A stretch of 63,113 bases of DNA, counting the filler, from Stramenopiles sp. TOSAG23-3 (taxonomy: Eukaryota): assembly GCA_900128585.1 (NCBI GenBank). It is 5 parts of 5 records of this genome, joined end to end, with 100 filler letters (N's around TTAATTAATTAA, not from the genome) between each part and the next. Parts side by side here need not be neighbours in the genome. Positions count along the whole stretch, not along the records: positions 30,693 to 45,889 come from LT642531.1; positions 45,990 to 61,164 come from LT642532.1; 3 more parts are not named here. One strand, written 5' to 3'. Position 1 is the stretch's first letter, and every line of letters begins with the position of its first letter. The position numbers and the translations under genes are program-made. A model generated the notes under the pieces. The model ran no database searches. It saw only the letters and a list, made by a program, of their open reading frames with translations, and was not told the DNA's origin. Positions 41,393-55,695 of the stretch are shown piece after piece.

Positions 41393-44300
41393 ATGTATAG
41401 AGGCGGAAAGAAGGGTTCGCTCCGAGTTGATGTTGGGGATGGGAATTCCTCAACAACGTCACGGCCATCAAGTGCAATGCCGCGGTCAGAGCGTAGACTG
41501 TTGGAGGCGGAGCGGGTGAGGACACTGATGAGGAAAACTAGGGAATTAAGGCCCAAGTCTGCGCTGCTGCATAATAATAGACAGGCAAGCATGATTAGTA
41601 AGTACAAGAAAGAGATGGACGAGGAGTACTCGGCCCTGTACAAAAAGATTGGGCAATTGCCGGAGCATGGGAAACGTAATGGAATACTGAAGAAGATCCG
41701 AGTGTCGACCACGTCCCCGTTCCACCACTCCCGCGACGATTTCGAGAAAGAGTCCATGTTTACCGTCGACCCGCTCACGTACTACGCACCAAAGTACACC
41801 ATACGGTACGGGGAAAAGTACGATGAAAAATATTTGTACCCGCCAATCGAAGACCCATCAAAGGACGAGAAGAAGAAAGAGCAGGCCGCAGCACGGTCGA
41901 GGCGCAGCAGGCCCGTGAAAATGTTCCGGTCGAGGTCTGCATTCTACGAACGGAGAAAAGCCATTCGTAGCCGGCCCAAAGATCTGCACCGTCGATCGTC
42001 CGTGTCCTTAACAGTAAAGGAGCCAGGGATGGAGGCCCCTGGCCCTAGCTCGGAAGGCGACGAAAAGGCGCACTTGGACCCGAAGCGGTTCAAAGGCACA
42101 AATGCAAGGCAACAGTTCTATCGAACGGCAAAGCAACAAACTATGGAAATCAACGACGCAGTCTTCCAAGGGCGCAAATGGATAAAAAAGAAACTTGCGG
42201 CGGTCGTAGACGAGAAGATGAAAGAGGATATGAAAGAGTACCTTCGGGAAACGCTCCCTGCCACGTTCAACTGGGTTTATATGTCCACCGAAAACCAGAT
42301 CGACTACTTGATGGAAACATTGACAGATGAGAAGGAAGCAGAGCGCCATTTCAAAGAGCGCCTTCGAAAATCGAAAGAGCGCCTTCAGAAAACGAAAGAG
42401 CGCCTTCGAAAAACGCTCCCTGCCCCGTTCAACTCGGTCGACATGCCCGCAGAAGACCAGATCGACTACTTGATGGCAACCTCGACAGAGGATTTCACGA
42501 AGGACACACACAACATGTACGTGAAAATTGACGGCCGGGGGGAGCACGGGAACTTAAAAGCCGAATGTGAGCAGCCGCTGCGCGATTTAAAGTGGCAGGA
42601 AGCGTGCCCCCAGGCCAATTATATCACAGAACTGATGGGCCAGAACATAAACCCAGAAGCAACTTTCATCAAGAAGCAGAAATCTCACGCGATCGGAAAG
42701 TTGAACATGACGCATTTTTCCCTGGGCGATGAGCGTACCAGTGCGGTCACAACCCTGGCGTCCAAGTTGGAGTTTGTAAAGCACATACAGCTCCGAAACA
42801 ATCGCATGACGACCGAAAGCTTGGGGTCGACGTTTGCGTCCCTGAAAGAGGCGAAGCACGTTAACAGTATCGAAAGCTTGGACCTGAGCATGAATAAGTT
42901 TACACGGCTATCCTCGTCGCAAGCGTTAGGGTCACTTCTCAAGCAAGGTATGGCATCCCTGGTGCGTTTGTCGATCGAGCACGCGGGCTTACGGGATGCA
43001 CACGCGAAGGCAATTCTGTCTGCAATGGAGGGGTCGTGCAAAGCGTTGCGGGTATTGAACATGTCGAGCAATTTCCTCTCCCATCACTCTGCCATCGCGC
43101 TTGCAAAGCTGTTACGCAAGCAACGATTCGTTGTGCTGGACGTTAGCGACAACATGATATCAGGGGCAGGCGGTATCGTGCTCTGCAACGCGCTGGCGAA
43201 GAACCGAACGCTGCAGAAACTGAACGTGGAGGGAAATGGGCTCGGACGACCAGTGGCCCTCAAGACAGTCAACCGGTCCCTTGTGGGTTGGGACGAAGGA
43301 AAAGTGGCGGAACGAATTTTTGACGAGCAAGGCTTGGAGCACCAGGCGTCCCCAGCCGACTTTCTGGCGCTTTCGCTGGTGGACAACGATTCCTTGATGG
43401 TGCTGGACATTTCCCGGAACCAGATTGGGCCGAGTACGGTATTCTGCTTCACTCAGGCCTTGGTTGTGAACAAGGCCTTGCATGTCTTCAAGGTGAACGG
43501 CAACTCCCTTTTGGAGGCAGGAACGCGTGCCTTGATTCGAGCCGTTGAGCACGGGGTTGCAGTGCAGCATATTCAAACTGAGAACTGCAAAATCATGGGA
43601 GACGATGGCGGGGCGGACGTGTTTGACCCCTTGCACCCTGTTCATAACTTTCCAAGCACTTCCAATCCAGTGTTGAACATGAAAGTGCCGTACCACTACT
43701 TTATTGCCTGTGCCCTCGTGCGCATGGCGGAAGATTACCCTGGGTTCCAGTTCACCAAACTGCAACATCTTGAACCGGGTGCCCCGGTCACTTCCCAGGG
43801 CACAGAGATCCAGCTGACCAGACGCCCGGTAGACAGCAACAAACAGAACCTGAAGGCGTACAAGAAAATGTTTCGGCACATATCGGCGAAGCGCAACCCA
43901 GGCCAATCGTCATTTAAAAACATCCACAAATCATGGATAACGTACGACGACACAAAGGCTATAATTCGAAAGGCCCACGAAATGCGGCACGAAGACGTGT
44001 GCGACAGGTACCTGAATGCGTTTCTAGACGAAGCGGACGCGGACAACGACGGTCAGATAACATGGGACGAGTTCCGGGCTGGGGTATGTGCGGGCAGAAA
44101 CATGTTTGGTATTGGCGCTCAGAAACGCGGCGAGCCCCTTCCAGGGGTGATGTGCGCGTCGGGACGCCGCGTGGCATGGACCGTTCCGCGGAAAGGAACC
44201 CTGAAACTCTCGGCCAAGTGTTTGCCTTCTGTCATACCATCCTGGCGATGCTGCACGGAGTACTCGTTTCGCCAGATACTAAAGCTCGCCAAGTCCACCA

Positions 44301-45889
44301 ACAACCTGGAGTTGACGTCGCAGATCATTCATTTGTCCACCCGCGACATATTTTACCGCACCGAGCAGGCGGCACTTTTGCTTGATCTGCTCATAGAGGC
44401 TCATGGAAAGGGTGGGGCCGAAAAGTACGGAGACGTCTTCCTTTCGGTAGTGGACAAAGAAAATAACCCCGCCATGTTGGAGCATGTCTTGCCCGTTCCT
44501 TTGCAACAAGCCGTTGTCAAAGACCTTGGACCACTCTTCCCGTTAGCAATGGGCATTTATAACGGGAAGTACGCCCTCAATTTGGCGGACTCACATCGCG
44601 ATCGCCGGGCCGCGTTGACGCTGCTGCAGCGCCAGGCGCACGAAAATGGTCTGATTCTAAACTTCACATACCCTTCCAAGGGGCAGTCGTTGATCGATAC
44701 GTCTCAATTAATGAACGGGTACTTGTGCATGCGGAACGTTACCTGGGCTGGCGTGGTGATAGTGAGAGATAAGCCAGGAGCCGGGGCCGGGAAAGAGACC
44801 GTCTCCGAAGAAATAGACATTGATGTTGCCAAGTACTATAGTTCGGTGCCATTGGAGACCAACGGGATCATGCGGTTCGACTTTGTCGAGGCGATAGGCC
44901 CAGACCCGAAACTGTCTTCCATGTCGAGATTGCAGTTTTACCGCTTTTGTAGGGACACCGTTTTGCCGATTATAAAACCGATCTCCGGTTACCGGTTCGT
45001 GCAGACGCACGACACCCGCCGACTTTGGGACAGCCGCGCAATGGACGGATCGCCGGACATAGCGCCCGCTGTGACTCACGCGGCCACAGAGAAACCAGTA
45101 CGTCTAGTGTCCCCAACGGAGCACCTGGCGGCCACAGCAATACAATCTATGTTTCGCTGCCGCCTGGCAAACAACGAGCGAGCGCGGCGTTTGTTACAGC
45201 GAAATGCAGGGACCTGCATGGTTGCGATTTTAGAACATCAAGTCATTCTCCTCCAAAAGAATATTAGAAGGTACTTGGCAAAGAAGTTTGTTCGCGATTT
45301 GCAGGAGGCGCGCCGGCTGGGCATTCTAGGTTCACTGCCGCCACCATTCCTGCGGGAAGACCACATCTACATGCTATGGTACTGCTGCCCTACCCTGCGT
45401 CGAGGTGCTGACGATCGGGCAGACTCATTCTTTGAAGAGGAAGATGACCAGGCCTCGGCAAGTGTAGACTCCGAAGCAAAGGTTCACTTTCAAAAAAACA
45501 CTCAGCACGCGAGTCTTACGGAAAAACTGTCCCCACACCAGATGGCGTCGTATTTTTATTTTTGTAGGCGAGTTGACTTACACCCCGGGGACGATCCCCA
45601 GCCTTTAAACGACTGGGTAGGTCGGTGTAGAGACATGCCCCAAAGGGTTGCTTTGAAAAACGAAACGGAGCTTATAGTGGTCCAGGAAGCACTGTTTTAC
45701 CTGTCTTCGAAGTTGGCCAACAAAGTGTTGACCGCACAGCAGTGCCGAACGATAGCGGCCTTGCTCCCCCATGGATGGATGTCAGGGACATCCTTACGGG
45801 TGTCCCTACTGACCCAGTTGTTTTCAAGGTGCATTGACCCAGGAAACTTTGAAACATCGGTCTTTCCCTTGCTCTTCGAGCGAGAACGG
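41393..45889 (+). CDS. RNI-like LRR protein with EF-hand and IQ motifs, 3'-truncated by contig end
   Basis: LRRs LDLSMN, LNMSSN, LDVSDN, LDISRN. EF-hand DADNDGQITWDEF. IQ-like AIQSMFRCRLA and LQKNIRRYLAKK. Confidence 0.85.
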
Positions 45890-45989
45890 NNNNNNNNNNN
45901 NNNNNNNNNNNNNNNNNNNNNNNNNNNNNNNNNTTAATTAATTAANNNNNNNNNNNNNNNNNNNNNNNNNNNNNNNNNNNNNNNNNNNN
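45890..45989. other. Artificial contig spacer
   Basis: N44-TTAATTAATTAA-N44. Confidence 0.98.
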
Positions 45990-46450
45990 TTACACTTAAA
46001 TAACAGCTAATTTTTTGATTTTAACAGTTCTTGGGTTTTCGATTAAAATTAAATCAGGAATCTTAGAATTTTAATTGGCAATTTTACGGGAAAGTTTCAC
46101 CGGATGATCTGCCAGGATTTTCGTTTTTTTCCAGGTACGGGGTTTGGTCTTTGTGTTACGAAGGAAAAAGTTTATACACTGTTCTCATTTTCACTTATAT
46201 TTTATAAAATCAAAACTTAATTTTTAAAATTACATTTTGCTTTACTATATAATTTGTTTTTTTAAAAAAAATGTATTTTTTGGTTTTTGGTTCTTCTGAT
46301 TGACGCTTCTGGACAACTTCGGGTATCAACGAAAAATATTAATATGCTTTAAAATTTAACTAATTTTTGCTGCATTTATTACACCACGATACGAAAGCAT
46401 GCACCTTGAAAAAGCGAGGAGTATAAATCGTTTTTATTTCCAAATGTTTT

Positions 46451-46963
46451 TTACATGTCCTCCTGCGACGCACGTACCACCCGCCTGACCGCCCGTTTAA
46501 ATTCTTTTGGCTCATCCCGCAGCTGTTTCGCCGCATCAATGTTCGCCGGGGAGTTTATGTTCGGGTCGCAGAGCATGGCTAGCACGGAAACAAGCACTGC
46601 TTCGACACCTAAGATTGGCCTCCAGCGCTCTTCTGCGGTCTCTTGAGAGTTAAATTTATCTTCCCCAGGAGGGTGCAAAATCGAGATGCATACTTTCCCA
46701 TCCGGGTAGACGTTCGGGTGCCACATTTTCGAAAGAAATCTTAGTGTCGGTGGACTATTGGGAAAATCTGAAGGGAAAACCATTTCCGCTTTGAAAAATC
46801 CCCCCTCAAAAAGGCTATCAGCAGGTCCCATCATCATAACTTCCCAGTTAAATAGGTTCCCATCGTCCCCAATACCAACAGAGAAACTATCGTTCGGGTT
46901 CTTCTTTAACTCCGTCAACTGCCTCATAAGGAGCTCTTGGGCATAATTGTTTTTCGAAGCCAT
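46451..46963 (-). CDS. UBC7: Ubiquitin-conjugating enzyme E2, Ubc7/UBE2G class (acidic loop)
   Basis: WHPNVYPDGKVCISILHPPGED...ERWRP and SPANIDAA. Confidence 0.9.
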   Translation of the reverse strand: MASKNNYAQELLMRQLTELKKNPNDSFSVGIGDDGNLFNWEVMMMGPADSLFEGGFFKAEMVFPSDFPNSPPTLRFLSKMWHPNVYPDGKVCISILHPPGEDKFNSQETAEERWRPILGVEAVLVSVLAMLCDPNINSPANIDAAKQLRDEPKEFKRAVRRVVRASQEDM

Positions 46964-48002
46964 ACCTGTGGGATCAGTGAAAGTCCGTTTCTGGGATGGG
47001 TTCACGTTTTATGTATATTGCTTCAGCAAAATAAAATTCTTTGCTTCAAAATCTTGCACTAAACTGATATGAAGTTTGAAGATTGAAATGATTTTTGCTG
47101 TCTTATCCTTCTTCAAAACAACGCTACTCTCTATCTTGTTAGTCTTTCGTTCGTCACTCCTTTCTTTCAAAATACTTAATAATACAAATATATTATTATT
47201 TAATAATAATAACACCGATGGAGGAGAAGAGGAGAGACTAAAATTTGTTTTTTGGCTTATCGCATCGTCTTATTAATATAGACACAGCATATAAAATAGA
47301 AGAAAAAAACAAAATCAATAATTCTGTTTTTTGGAACAAATCAACGAAGTAATTTCATCTTTTTATTACTTACAACACATTGTATAACATATAAATACAA
47401 TATACAAATAACAACGAACGACAACAACAACAACAAAATGAAGGAAGGAAAGAACCATAATAATAACTGATTTTTGTCTCTTTTCTTTACTTGTATGAAT
47501 ATTAAATAGGTATTTAGACTATAATTTTTTTAATTTTTTCAGTGATCGTTATAAATTCATTCAAGGTGTTTACATAGCCATAGCATTTAATATTTATCAT
47601 ACACTTGGTATCGAATTTTAAAACATACGGTTTTACATAAGAACAGTATCGAAATTAGTGATTGATAGATTGGTAGGCGCGGCTATATAAAAGAAAACAA
47701 TTAGAATTAGGGTATTTTACGCAGAAAATGAGAAGAGAGAAGGGAAGAAATTGGAAGAAAGGGATTACGTATGAATGTGTCAACTGTCAATTTGGTGTGG
47801 ATTGGTATCGATAGTCAAACACTGTAATTTGTGTTAAATGATGTTGACAGGCGATCTTCAATATTTGTCTTCGAGAGTGGCGCAGTATTAATTTAATTTT
47901 CGTTAAACTAGAATATCCCTGTATTCTTTTTTGTGGCATGAACTTCACGTCTGGTGGGCCAACCCTCGCGAAGCCAAACGCGATCGCTGGATGCTTGTGC
48001 AG

Positions 48003-48191
48003 CGTTCCATGCTGGGCCATAAATTGGTGTCACGTGTGCGCACACTTTTGTCGGCGAGCCACGGCCTTACATACGGTACCAAAAACCTGGATCGGGCCGA
48101 TCGGGCTGATCTTCGACGAAATTAATAACGCACTCGTTCCATGCTGGACTATAAATTGGTCTCACGTGTGCGCATGCTTTTGTCGGCGAGC
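48003..48191. repeat. Two about 57-bp direct repeats, 132-bp period, straddling a stop codon
   Basis: 48003-48059 versus 48135-48191. Confidence 0.85.
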
Positions 48192-48693
48192 GTAACCTTC
48201 GGCTCTTCAGAAATATCGTCTTCGACTGCCTCGTCACTGCACTAAAACCATCTGCCGTTAACACAGATATGGTGATCGATTTAGGGGGACGCGACGGAAC
48301 CCTCAATACCACCACATGTTGTCTAGGGACTCCTTTCCCGTGATCCATGGTAGCAAAGTTAGTTTTTCCACTTCCGCTGGGGCAGGTCCACTCATCAAAG
48401 CCTGCAGGTTTCATTACCTCACCCGCGGAAAAATGTATTACGCTCCCATACGCTTTCAAATTTGAAATCCTTACTTTGATAATGTCTTCGCCTTGGTATG
48501 TGCTTTTGCTGGTGCGAATAAGGCGGTTCGAATTAATTGCCGGGCTTCCCATAAGCATATTGGCTTCCATGACGTTCTCTCCGCTTCGGGTTCCAATCAG
48601 ATTACAATTGACGTAGAAAGCCTTTGCATCGGCATAGCTTACCGCTGCGACGAGGAAGGTGCAAAGAAAGGCGGTTGGAAACAAATGTGTCAT
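48067..48693 (-). CDS. Putative secreted protein, unknown function
   Basis: Signal peptide MTHLFPTAFLCTFLVAAVSYADA, then a beta-rich body. Confidence 0.65.
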   Translation of the reverse strand: MTHLFPTAFLCTFLVAAVSYADAKAFYVNCNLIGTRSGENVMEANMLMGSPAINSNRLIRTSKSTYQGEDIIKVRISNLKAYGSVIHFSAGEVMKPAGFDEWTCPSGSGKTNFATMDHGKGVPRQHVVVLRVPSRPPKSITISVLTADGFSAVTRQSKTIFLKSRRLRSPTKACAHVRPIYSPAWNECVINFVEDQPDRPDPGFWYRM

Positions 48694-49282
48694 GACGCTG
48701 GCAAGGAAAATGGTATATCTGTTTGTTAACAAATGAGTGTTCAATGAGTCTATACTTCATCAAAACGTGTCTTCTTCTTTGTTTTCGTTGAAAAAATATT
48801 CCTTTGCTTTGTTTAATTAAACCAATACCTCGAAATCGCGAAATGATAAAAAAATATTGAAGATATTTTTTTTTGGGATAATAATAATGAGAGAAGAAGA
48901 AGAAGATGATGTTCAAAAAAAAAATGCGCTGAAACTATATATTTCTTCTCTTCTCACTAATTTATTATGGAAGTTCTTATACTATTGAATTTAATACGAT
49001 ATTGTGTGGTGTAAACCCTCAATTCACCGTGTATGAAGAGTTGTGACATTATCGTATGATGATATTGTAAAATTATATATATGTGCTATATAAAGAATAT
49101 GAGATAGGTATACTTAAGTGGAGAGTTGTTTATATCGATCCTGTAATATTTTTTAATTTCTTCTCTCGTGCTTGCTTTCAATGGTAAAAGTTCTTAAGTT
49201 CTTACTCGTACACCTTTCTTAAAGAATCGCATAGAAAAAGCCAATACTTTTTACATGTACATTTTAACACACTATCGAGCTA

Positions 49283-50185
49283 TTACTTCCAATAGCGACT
49301 CTTCAAGATCTTAAAGGAGCAGACGAGTTCTTCGTTAACCATGAGCATTCCCGCGGCATTGTCGAACTCGCCGCAGTATTGGGGGGCGGAGAAAATGGTA
49401 ACGCATCTACGATTGGCACAAAACTCGTAACCGTCTTCAACGACTTGGTGGGCTCTTGCAAGCAAGTCGAGGTCATGGGTCTCTAGAAACTTTTTAATAA
49501 CGTCTGCGCCAAATATATATGAAACTCCTCGGTCGCTATCGGCCCATCCTTGAATGTCCATGTCAGGGTCTGCCCACAGCAAGTCACACAACAGCCCGCT
49601 GTCGGGGATGTGGCAGGGTCGTCTTATATTGTTAATCTGTTCTAGATCTTCCAAATAAGGGGAGAGCCCACCGTGGCAGCAGAAGATTCGGTCCGACACT
49701 ACTGCCGCCACAGGAAGCCAGTTAAATGCATCACATATTGTTCTCCATATCTTTACACTGTACCGACGCTTGCACTCATCATAGAATCCGTATATGCGGT
49801 TGATCGAGGAACACTCATGGTTTCCTCTCAAGATATGAAAATTATCTGGGTATAAACATTTGAACGTAAACATCAAACAAACCACTTCGACGCTTTGCTC
49901 TGCGCGATCGACGTAGTCCCCCAGGAACAGGTAGTTCGTTTTCGGCGGCATACCCCCTATTTCCAAAATTCGCAGCAAATCGCTGTACTGGCCATGGGTA
50001 TCCCCGCAAATAGTTATTGGTGCTTCGCATCGTACCAATGGTTTACACTTCTTAAATATCTCAATTGCCTCTTGCATTACAAAGGTTATGTCGTCCGTGC
50101 TCAATATCACCTCCGTTCTTGGCGGCTTGTCGGCGACGGCTAGAAGGGTGTCCTTGATCGCTTCTAATCGATTTTCGCGCGACAT
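49283..50185 (-). CDS. PP1: Ser/Thr protein phosphatase PP1 catalytic subunit (divergent)
   Basis: [54 protein letters not shown]. Confidence 0.95.
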   Translation of the reverse strand: MSRENRLEAIKDTLLAVADKPPRTEVILSTDDITFVMQEAIEIFKKCKPLVRCEAPITICGDTHGQYSDLLRILEIGGMPPKTNYLFLGDYVDRAEQSVEVVCLMFTFKCLYPDNFHILRGNHECSSINRIYGFYDECKRRYSVKIWRTICDAFNWLPVAAVVSDRIFCCHGGLSPYLEDLEQINNIRRPCHIPDSGLLCDLLWADPDMDIQGWADSDRGVSYIFGADVIKKFLETHDLDLLARAHQVVEDGYEFCANRRCVTIFSAPQYCGEFDNAAGMLMVNEELVCSFKILKSRYWK

Positions 50186-51569
50186 GTTGGCTGCTGAATT
50201 TCTTTTACTGCTGTCACCGCCCTAATAAAAAACACTCGTCGTTTGAAACTTGCCGCTTCCCAACAAGAGCGTGCCTTATAATGCTACACACTAAATTGAA
50301 TTCTTCGGCACTGGGAACGAAAAAACGTAGCGTGCGTACGTTTCATTCCCGTTCTGCTCTTTTTCAATCCTAGAAAATGTTCGATTGCAAGTGCATTGTA
50401 CATTAGTAATACAATCCTATTGAAGTTTATAAAGTGGGAAATCCTACTTACTTGGTTAAAAAAGGCTAAAATGGGCTTATGAGTCCAACATATTACAGTG
50501 CTATTTACATAGATGACTATTCTCTTTATTACGAACAGCTAGACGACTATAAAATAATAATTAATAATTAATTATAGCAAATAAAATAAGAAACTATGTT
50601 ATCTTTATATTAGACTTCAATATTGGTTCACTCATAGATACAGTGAGTGTACAAGCTATCAGATAAATATGACTTTGCTTTGTAGTTTAAATGCGTAGGA
50701 GAGAGAGAGAGAGAAGAGAGATCAACTGTATCATATTTTCTTATAACCACACAACACACACAGTTATTTATAAAAAAAAAAGAAGAAGCTTTTTTTTTTT
50801 AAAGAAGATTATTATTTTAAGAATTAAGAATCTGAATCTGAAATTAAATATCATATGAATACTATCTGTGGATGTACCTATGCTATATCTATATAGATAG
50901 GTTACAGGGGCATCAATTTCTTCATCTTGGGGGTGTTTTTATTTCATTCACCCTAATTAGAAGGAAATCACCCAAATAATTACATTAGAACTAACACAGC
51001 AAAGAGAAAGCAAATTGTAAAACGTTAAATTGTAATATATCCTATTGAATAGTATTAGTCTAATTATGTACTTGTTATTTCTTCTTTTTTTTTTGTTAGT
51101 TTGTTGAGGAGTTGAGGAGTTGAGGTAGGTTATTGAATTTTTTTTTTTTTTGGTAATAAAAAAAAATCAACATTCTTCATAATCAGTCGTTGTTTTTTGT
51201 TGTTGTTATTCCTTATACTGTATCTATCTTGTAAAAATGTTGTAGTGAGAAGAAGAATTATTATTTTATATTTATTGTTGATGAGGTTTTTTTTTTTTTT
51301 TCAAACCTTCTTCTTCAAATCTTGAAATTTACATTAGAAGTAGTCCGGCGCATGTCTCATATCATGATCAGAATGGAATAAATATATTTTTGTTTGCACA
51401 GTCCACGACCCTCGAAATGCTGGAGTGTATTTGCAATTAAAAACAAACACAACTCCGTAAGTGCAGAGTTTGTGGTGGGCCTGTCGGTGTGCTGGTATAT
51501 GTCTCGGCGTCGAAATTCTGGCTTGCAAAGGGTGGACTGGCTTTTGTACATATCGGTTTTTAGTGCCCC

Positions 51570-53129
51570 ATGGCAACACTGGTGAATCCCTATACTGCAA
51601 TGTTACACAATGCCCCTATGCGCTGCGTCATTGCGTCGGCGGATTCAGGAAAATGTATTTTAAATTGTAAACTTGATTTTAGAAGCGAGAAAGGCGATGG
51701 GAACGACTTAAATGCGAACAATTTGTGCCGACTCGTGGCGTGTATTCAGCAAGCGTTCGACCCATCTCCTGACGTCCCAGACGAAGCTCCAGGGGAGTCC
51801 AATGGGCGGCGGCGGACTGCACCGTGCTACACGAAACCATCGTTGTTAAGACTGAGCGACAAATGGATATATACCTCCAGAAATGTTCAGAATTTTCTCG
51901 TGTCGTTGGTGTGCAAAACAGAATACCAAGACTCCCAGGCAGAGTTACTCTTGTCTGTTTTTGAAAATGTTTTAGGGGTAGCGGTAGAGCAGAATGGCAA
52001 GTTCGTCGAAGGTGTCGAAGGAGACGGGGAAAATTACACTGCGAAGGACACCATGTCTGTCAGTCTAACGGACGCCGCAACAGTCAGCAGTTTGTTAGCC
52101 TTTGAAAAATCGTTCGTCCACCCGCTCCTCCAACGGCACGATTCGTTGCAGAGCGTGATGCTCCAACCCGTCCTGGCGATGCCAAGCTGTACCTTTGTGT
52201 ATTTATTTAGATGCCCTGAAACAAGTGCTTTGGAAGAGAACGACGCCATGTTCCCGTGGGACCACGTAGTCTCTTGCCTAAAAGATAACACCAAACCACT
52301 CCCACCGACGGTGCACTCTCAGCTGACAGTCTTGTTACAGGAAAGATGTCGTCCAAGTTGCACCTCTGTTGTTTCTGAGAAAGTAGACGTTCGGCCCTCT
52401 GTTGGTGTAGATATTGACGAGGAAGGTCGGCCGACGTGTGGTTTTATTGCTGCCGAAATGTTATCGCCAAGTCCGTTTGGACTTGCGCTGGTCTATGAGT
52501 GTGGGGCGGGCGACACTGTCAGCAGACTTCCGACGCCCGTAACAACTGCGCTGTCGGCGTGCCATGAAAGGGTAAAGTGTTTGTTTCCGTCGGAAGCTAG
52601 TGCAAGTTACGAATCCATTGTTTTCAAATACGACGAGATGTTTCACCAAGATGAGAATAGCAAACTGGTGGTCAAAGAAGTGGTGTCGCCGGTGACATCA
52701 CCCCCAAAATCGTTGGCCGCGGGCCCTAAATCGCAAAGTAGCAGCAATCTAGAAGCGAATAAAACGTCCTCCGATAAAAATTCAGGTGCCGCGATGAGGC
52801 CGCGACCTCCTCCCCCTCGTGAAAAGAAACGGGAGGAGTTGGCTTCGTCAATACGGGCAACACGGACCATCCTCCGTGAAGCAGATACAGTTGAGAACAA
52901 GAAGATCGTAGAAAACCATCAATTGTCGATAGACCAAGGGGACAAGAAGAAAAGTATACTGAAAGTAGACTTATCGACCGCTGGGCCGGCCGCCGGAAGT
53001 GGAATCCGCGCGGTGGCCCAGATCCGAACTTCTACCCCAACGACCGTAGGAAATGACGCAGAAAACACTAAAGGGGACCAAGTGGAGAAGCGTGAGCCAA
53101 TGCGTGTAGAAGAAGTCGAGTCCCCGTGA
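51570..53129 (+). CDS. Hypothetical protein with disordered C-terminus
   Basis: 519-aa ATG ORF filling a mixed-GC block. No motif recognised. Confidence 0.7.
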   Translation: MATLVNPYTAMLHNAPMRCVIASADSGKCILNCKLDFRSEKGDGNDLNANNLCRLVACIQQAFDPSPDVPDEAPGESNGRRRTAPCYTKPSLLRLSDKWIYTSRNVQNFLVSLVCKTEYQDSQAELLLSVFENVLGVAVEQNGKFVEGVEGDGENYTAKDTMSVSLTDAATVSSLLAFEKSFVHPLLQRHDSLQSVMLQPVLAMPSCTFVYLFRCPETSALEENDAMFPWDHVVSCLKDNTKPLPPTVHSQLTVLLQERCRPSCTSVVSEKVDVRPSVGVDIDEEGRPTCGFIAAEMLSPSPFGLALVYECGAGDTVSRLPTPVTTALSACHERVKCLFPSEASASYESIVFKYDEMFHQDENSKLVVKEVVSPVTSPPKSLAAGPKSQSSSNLEANKTSSDKNSGAAMRPRPPPPREKKREELASSIRATRTILREADTVENKKIVENHQLSIDQGDKKKSILKVDLSTAGPAAGSGIRAVAQIRTSTPTTVGNDAENTKGDQVEKREPMRVEEVESP

Positions 53130-54047
53130 AAACTTAGAAATGTTGGTAATTGCAACTCTCACTGATGATTATTTGTTTTGTATTTAATAGTTTAATCATT
53201 TTTATAGGTATGAATAATTTTTCATTAGTATATATTACTATATATACAGTGTTGATAAAACCAATTTGTAAAAGTTTTATAGGAACAGTTTTGTTCCATC
53301 CCTTTACTAATGAATGTTTGTTATAAAATAAATATATAAAACAAGTACAAGTACAAAGAAATAAGAAAATTTACTTTTAAAATGGTGGGGAAAGTATTAT
53401 TACTAAATGGAAATACTATAGGAAACACACTTCCCTCCAAAAAACTAAAAAAACTAAAAAAATAACCGTTTTTTTAACTCGGCATACAATGGAAAAAAAT
53501 CTAATCGATAAGGGACCATAATCGAAAATATTTATTACATGTACACAGTATAGAATTAAAAACAAAGAAAAAAAATCTTTGTGTTTTTTCCAGTTTTCGA
53601 TTTCCCTTCTTTAATGCTATGTCCATGTTAATTTGCTTCTTTATTAATTTATTCAACGAAACAATTTTATCCCATTCAAGAATGGGTTCGATTATTACAT
53701 ATACACAGCGTTGAAATAAATAATTGATTTCCATCCTCTCAATTTTCCTTTGTAACGTTTGCCGTATCTATATAGCCATAGCATAGAGATAAATTAAAAA
53801 ATTATTATTATTTAAGCTTAATGAAAGAAGAAATTTTTTGTGTTGTAGTACTAAGGGTAGTAGCAATATCAATATGATGTTGCATTCTTTCGGACATTTT
53901 GGAGTATGAGTCGTATGGACAATTGAATGCAACGTTTATTAGTGGAACTAATAAAAACAGAAGCATCGTGTTAAGCACGAGGAATTCTTCTACCTAACAA
54001 AAAAAAAAAAAAAATACTGTAACAAAAATTACAAACAAAAAAAAAAG

Positions 54048-55167
<1,120 letters not shown>

Positions 55168-55525
55168 GTTCCTTGCATTTGCATTTTCTAATTTTTTCCC
55201 CTTTGTCCTAATGCCTGCAATCGTTACAAACGCAAACTCTGCAATGACGGCATTGATGTTCAATTTTCAATTCCCGAGATCTCGAAGGGAAGACAATGGA
55301 GGAGCGTATGTACTTTAATTGTGGTATTTCATATTGTAAATTTTTTTTTGACTTTTCAAAACGATTTAAACTTACGAAAAGTAAAACTAACTTTACGCCC
55401 ACCGCATTTTAACTATGGCTTATGCTTATCACATGATACGATAAGATATGATAACAATAATAGCCACTGTCTCAACTTTAATATTATCGAATAACCTATT
55501 AAATAACCTATTTGAATCCTTCATT

Positions 55526-55554
55526 TTACTTGAATAACAGCCAATTTTCTTGTT
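55526..55554. repeat. Copy of dispersed 3'-flank motif (another at 45994-46024)
   Basis: TTACTTGAATAACAGCCAATTTTCTTGTT matches 31706-31734 at 27/29. Confidence 0.75.
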
Positions 55555-55695
55555 AGCTCACAGTTTCTTAATGTCACTGCTGGTAACATGATATTGCTGA
55601 TGCCTGTTCTTTTCCCCTTCAAGTAAACATAACAAAAGGAGTTAAACTTATTACCAGTACTATGCCATGGGCTGCATCGAGTCTGTTCACCAGGC

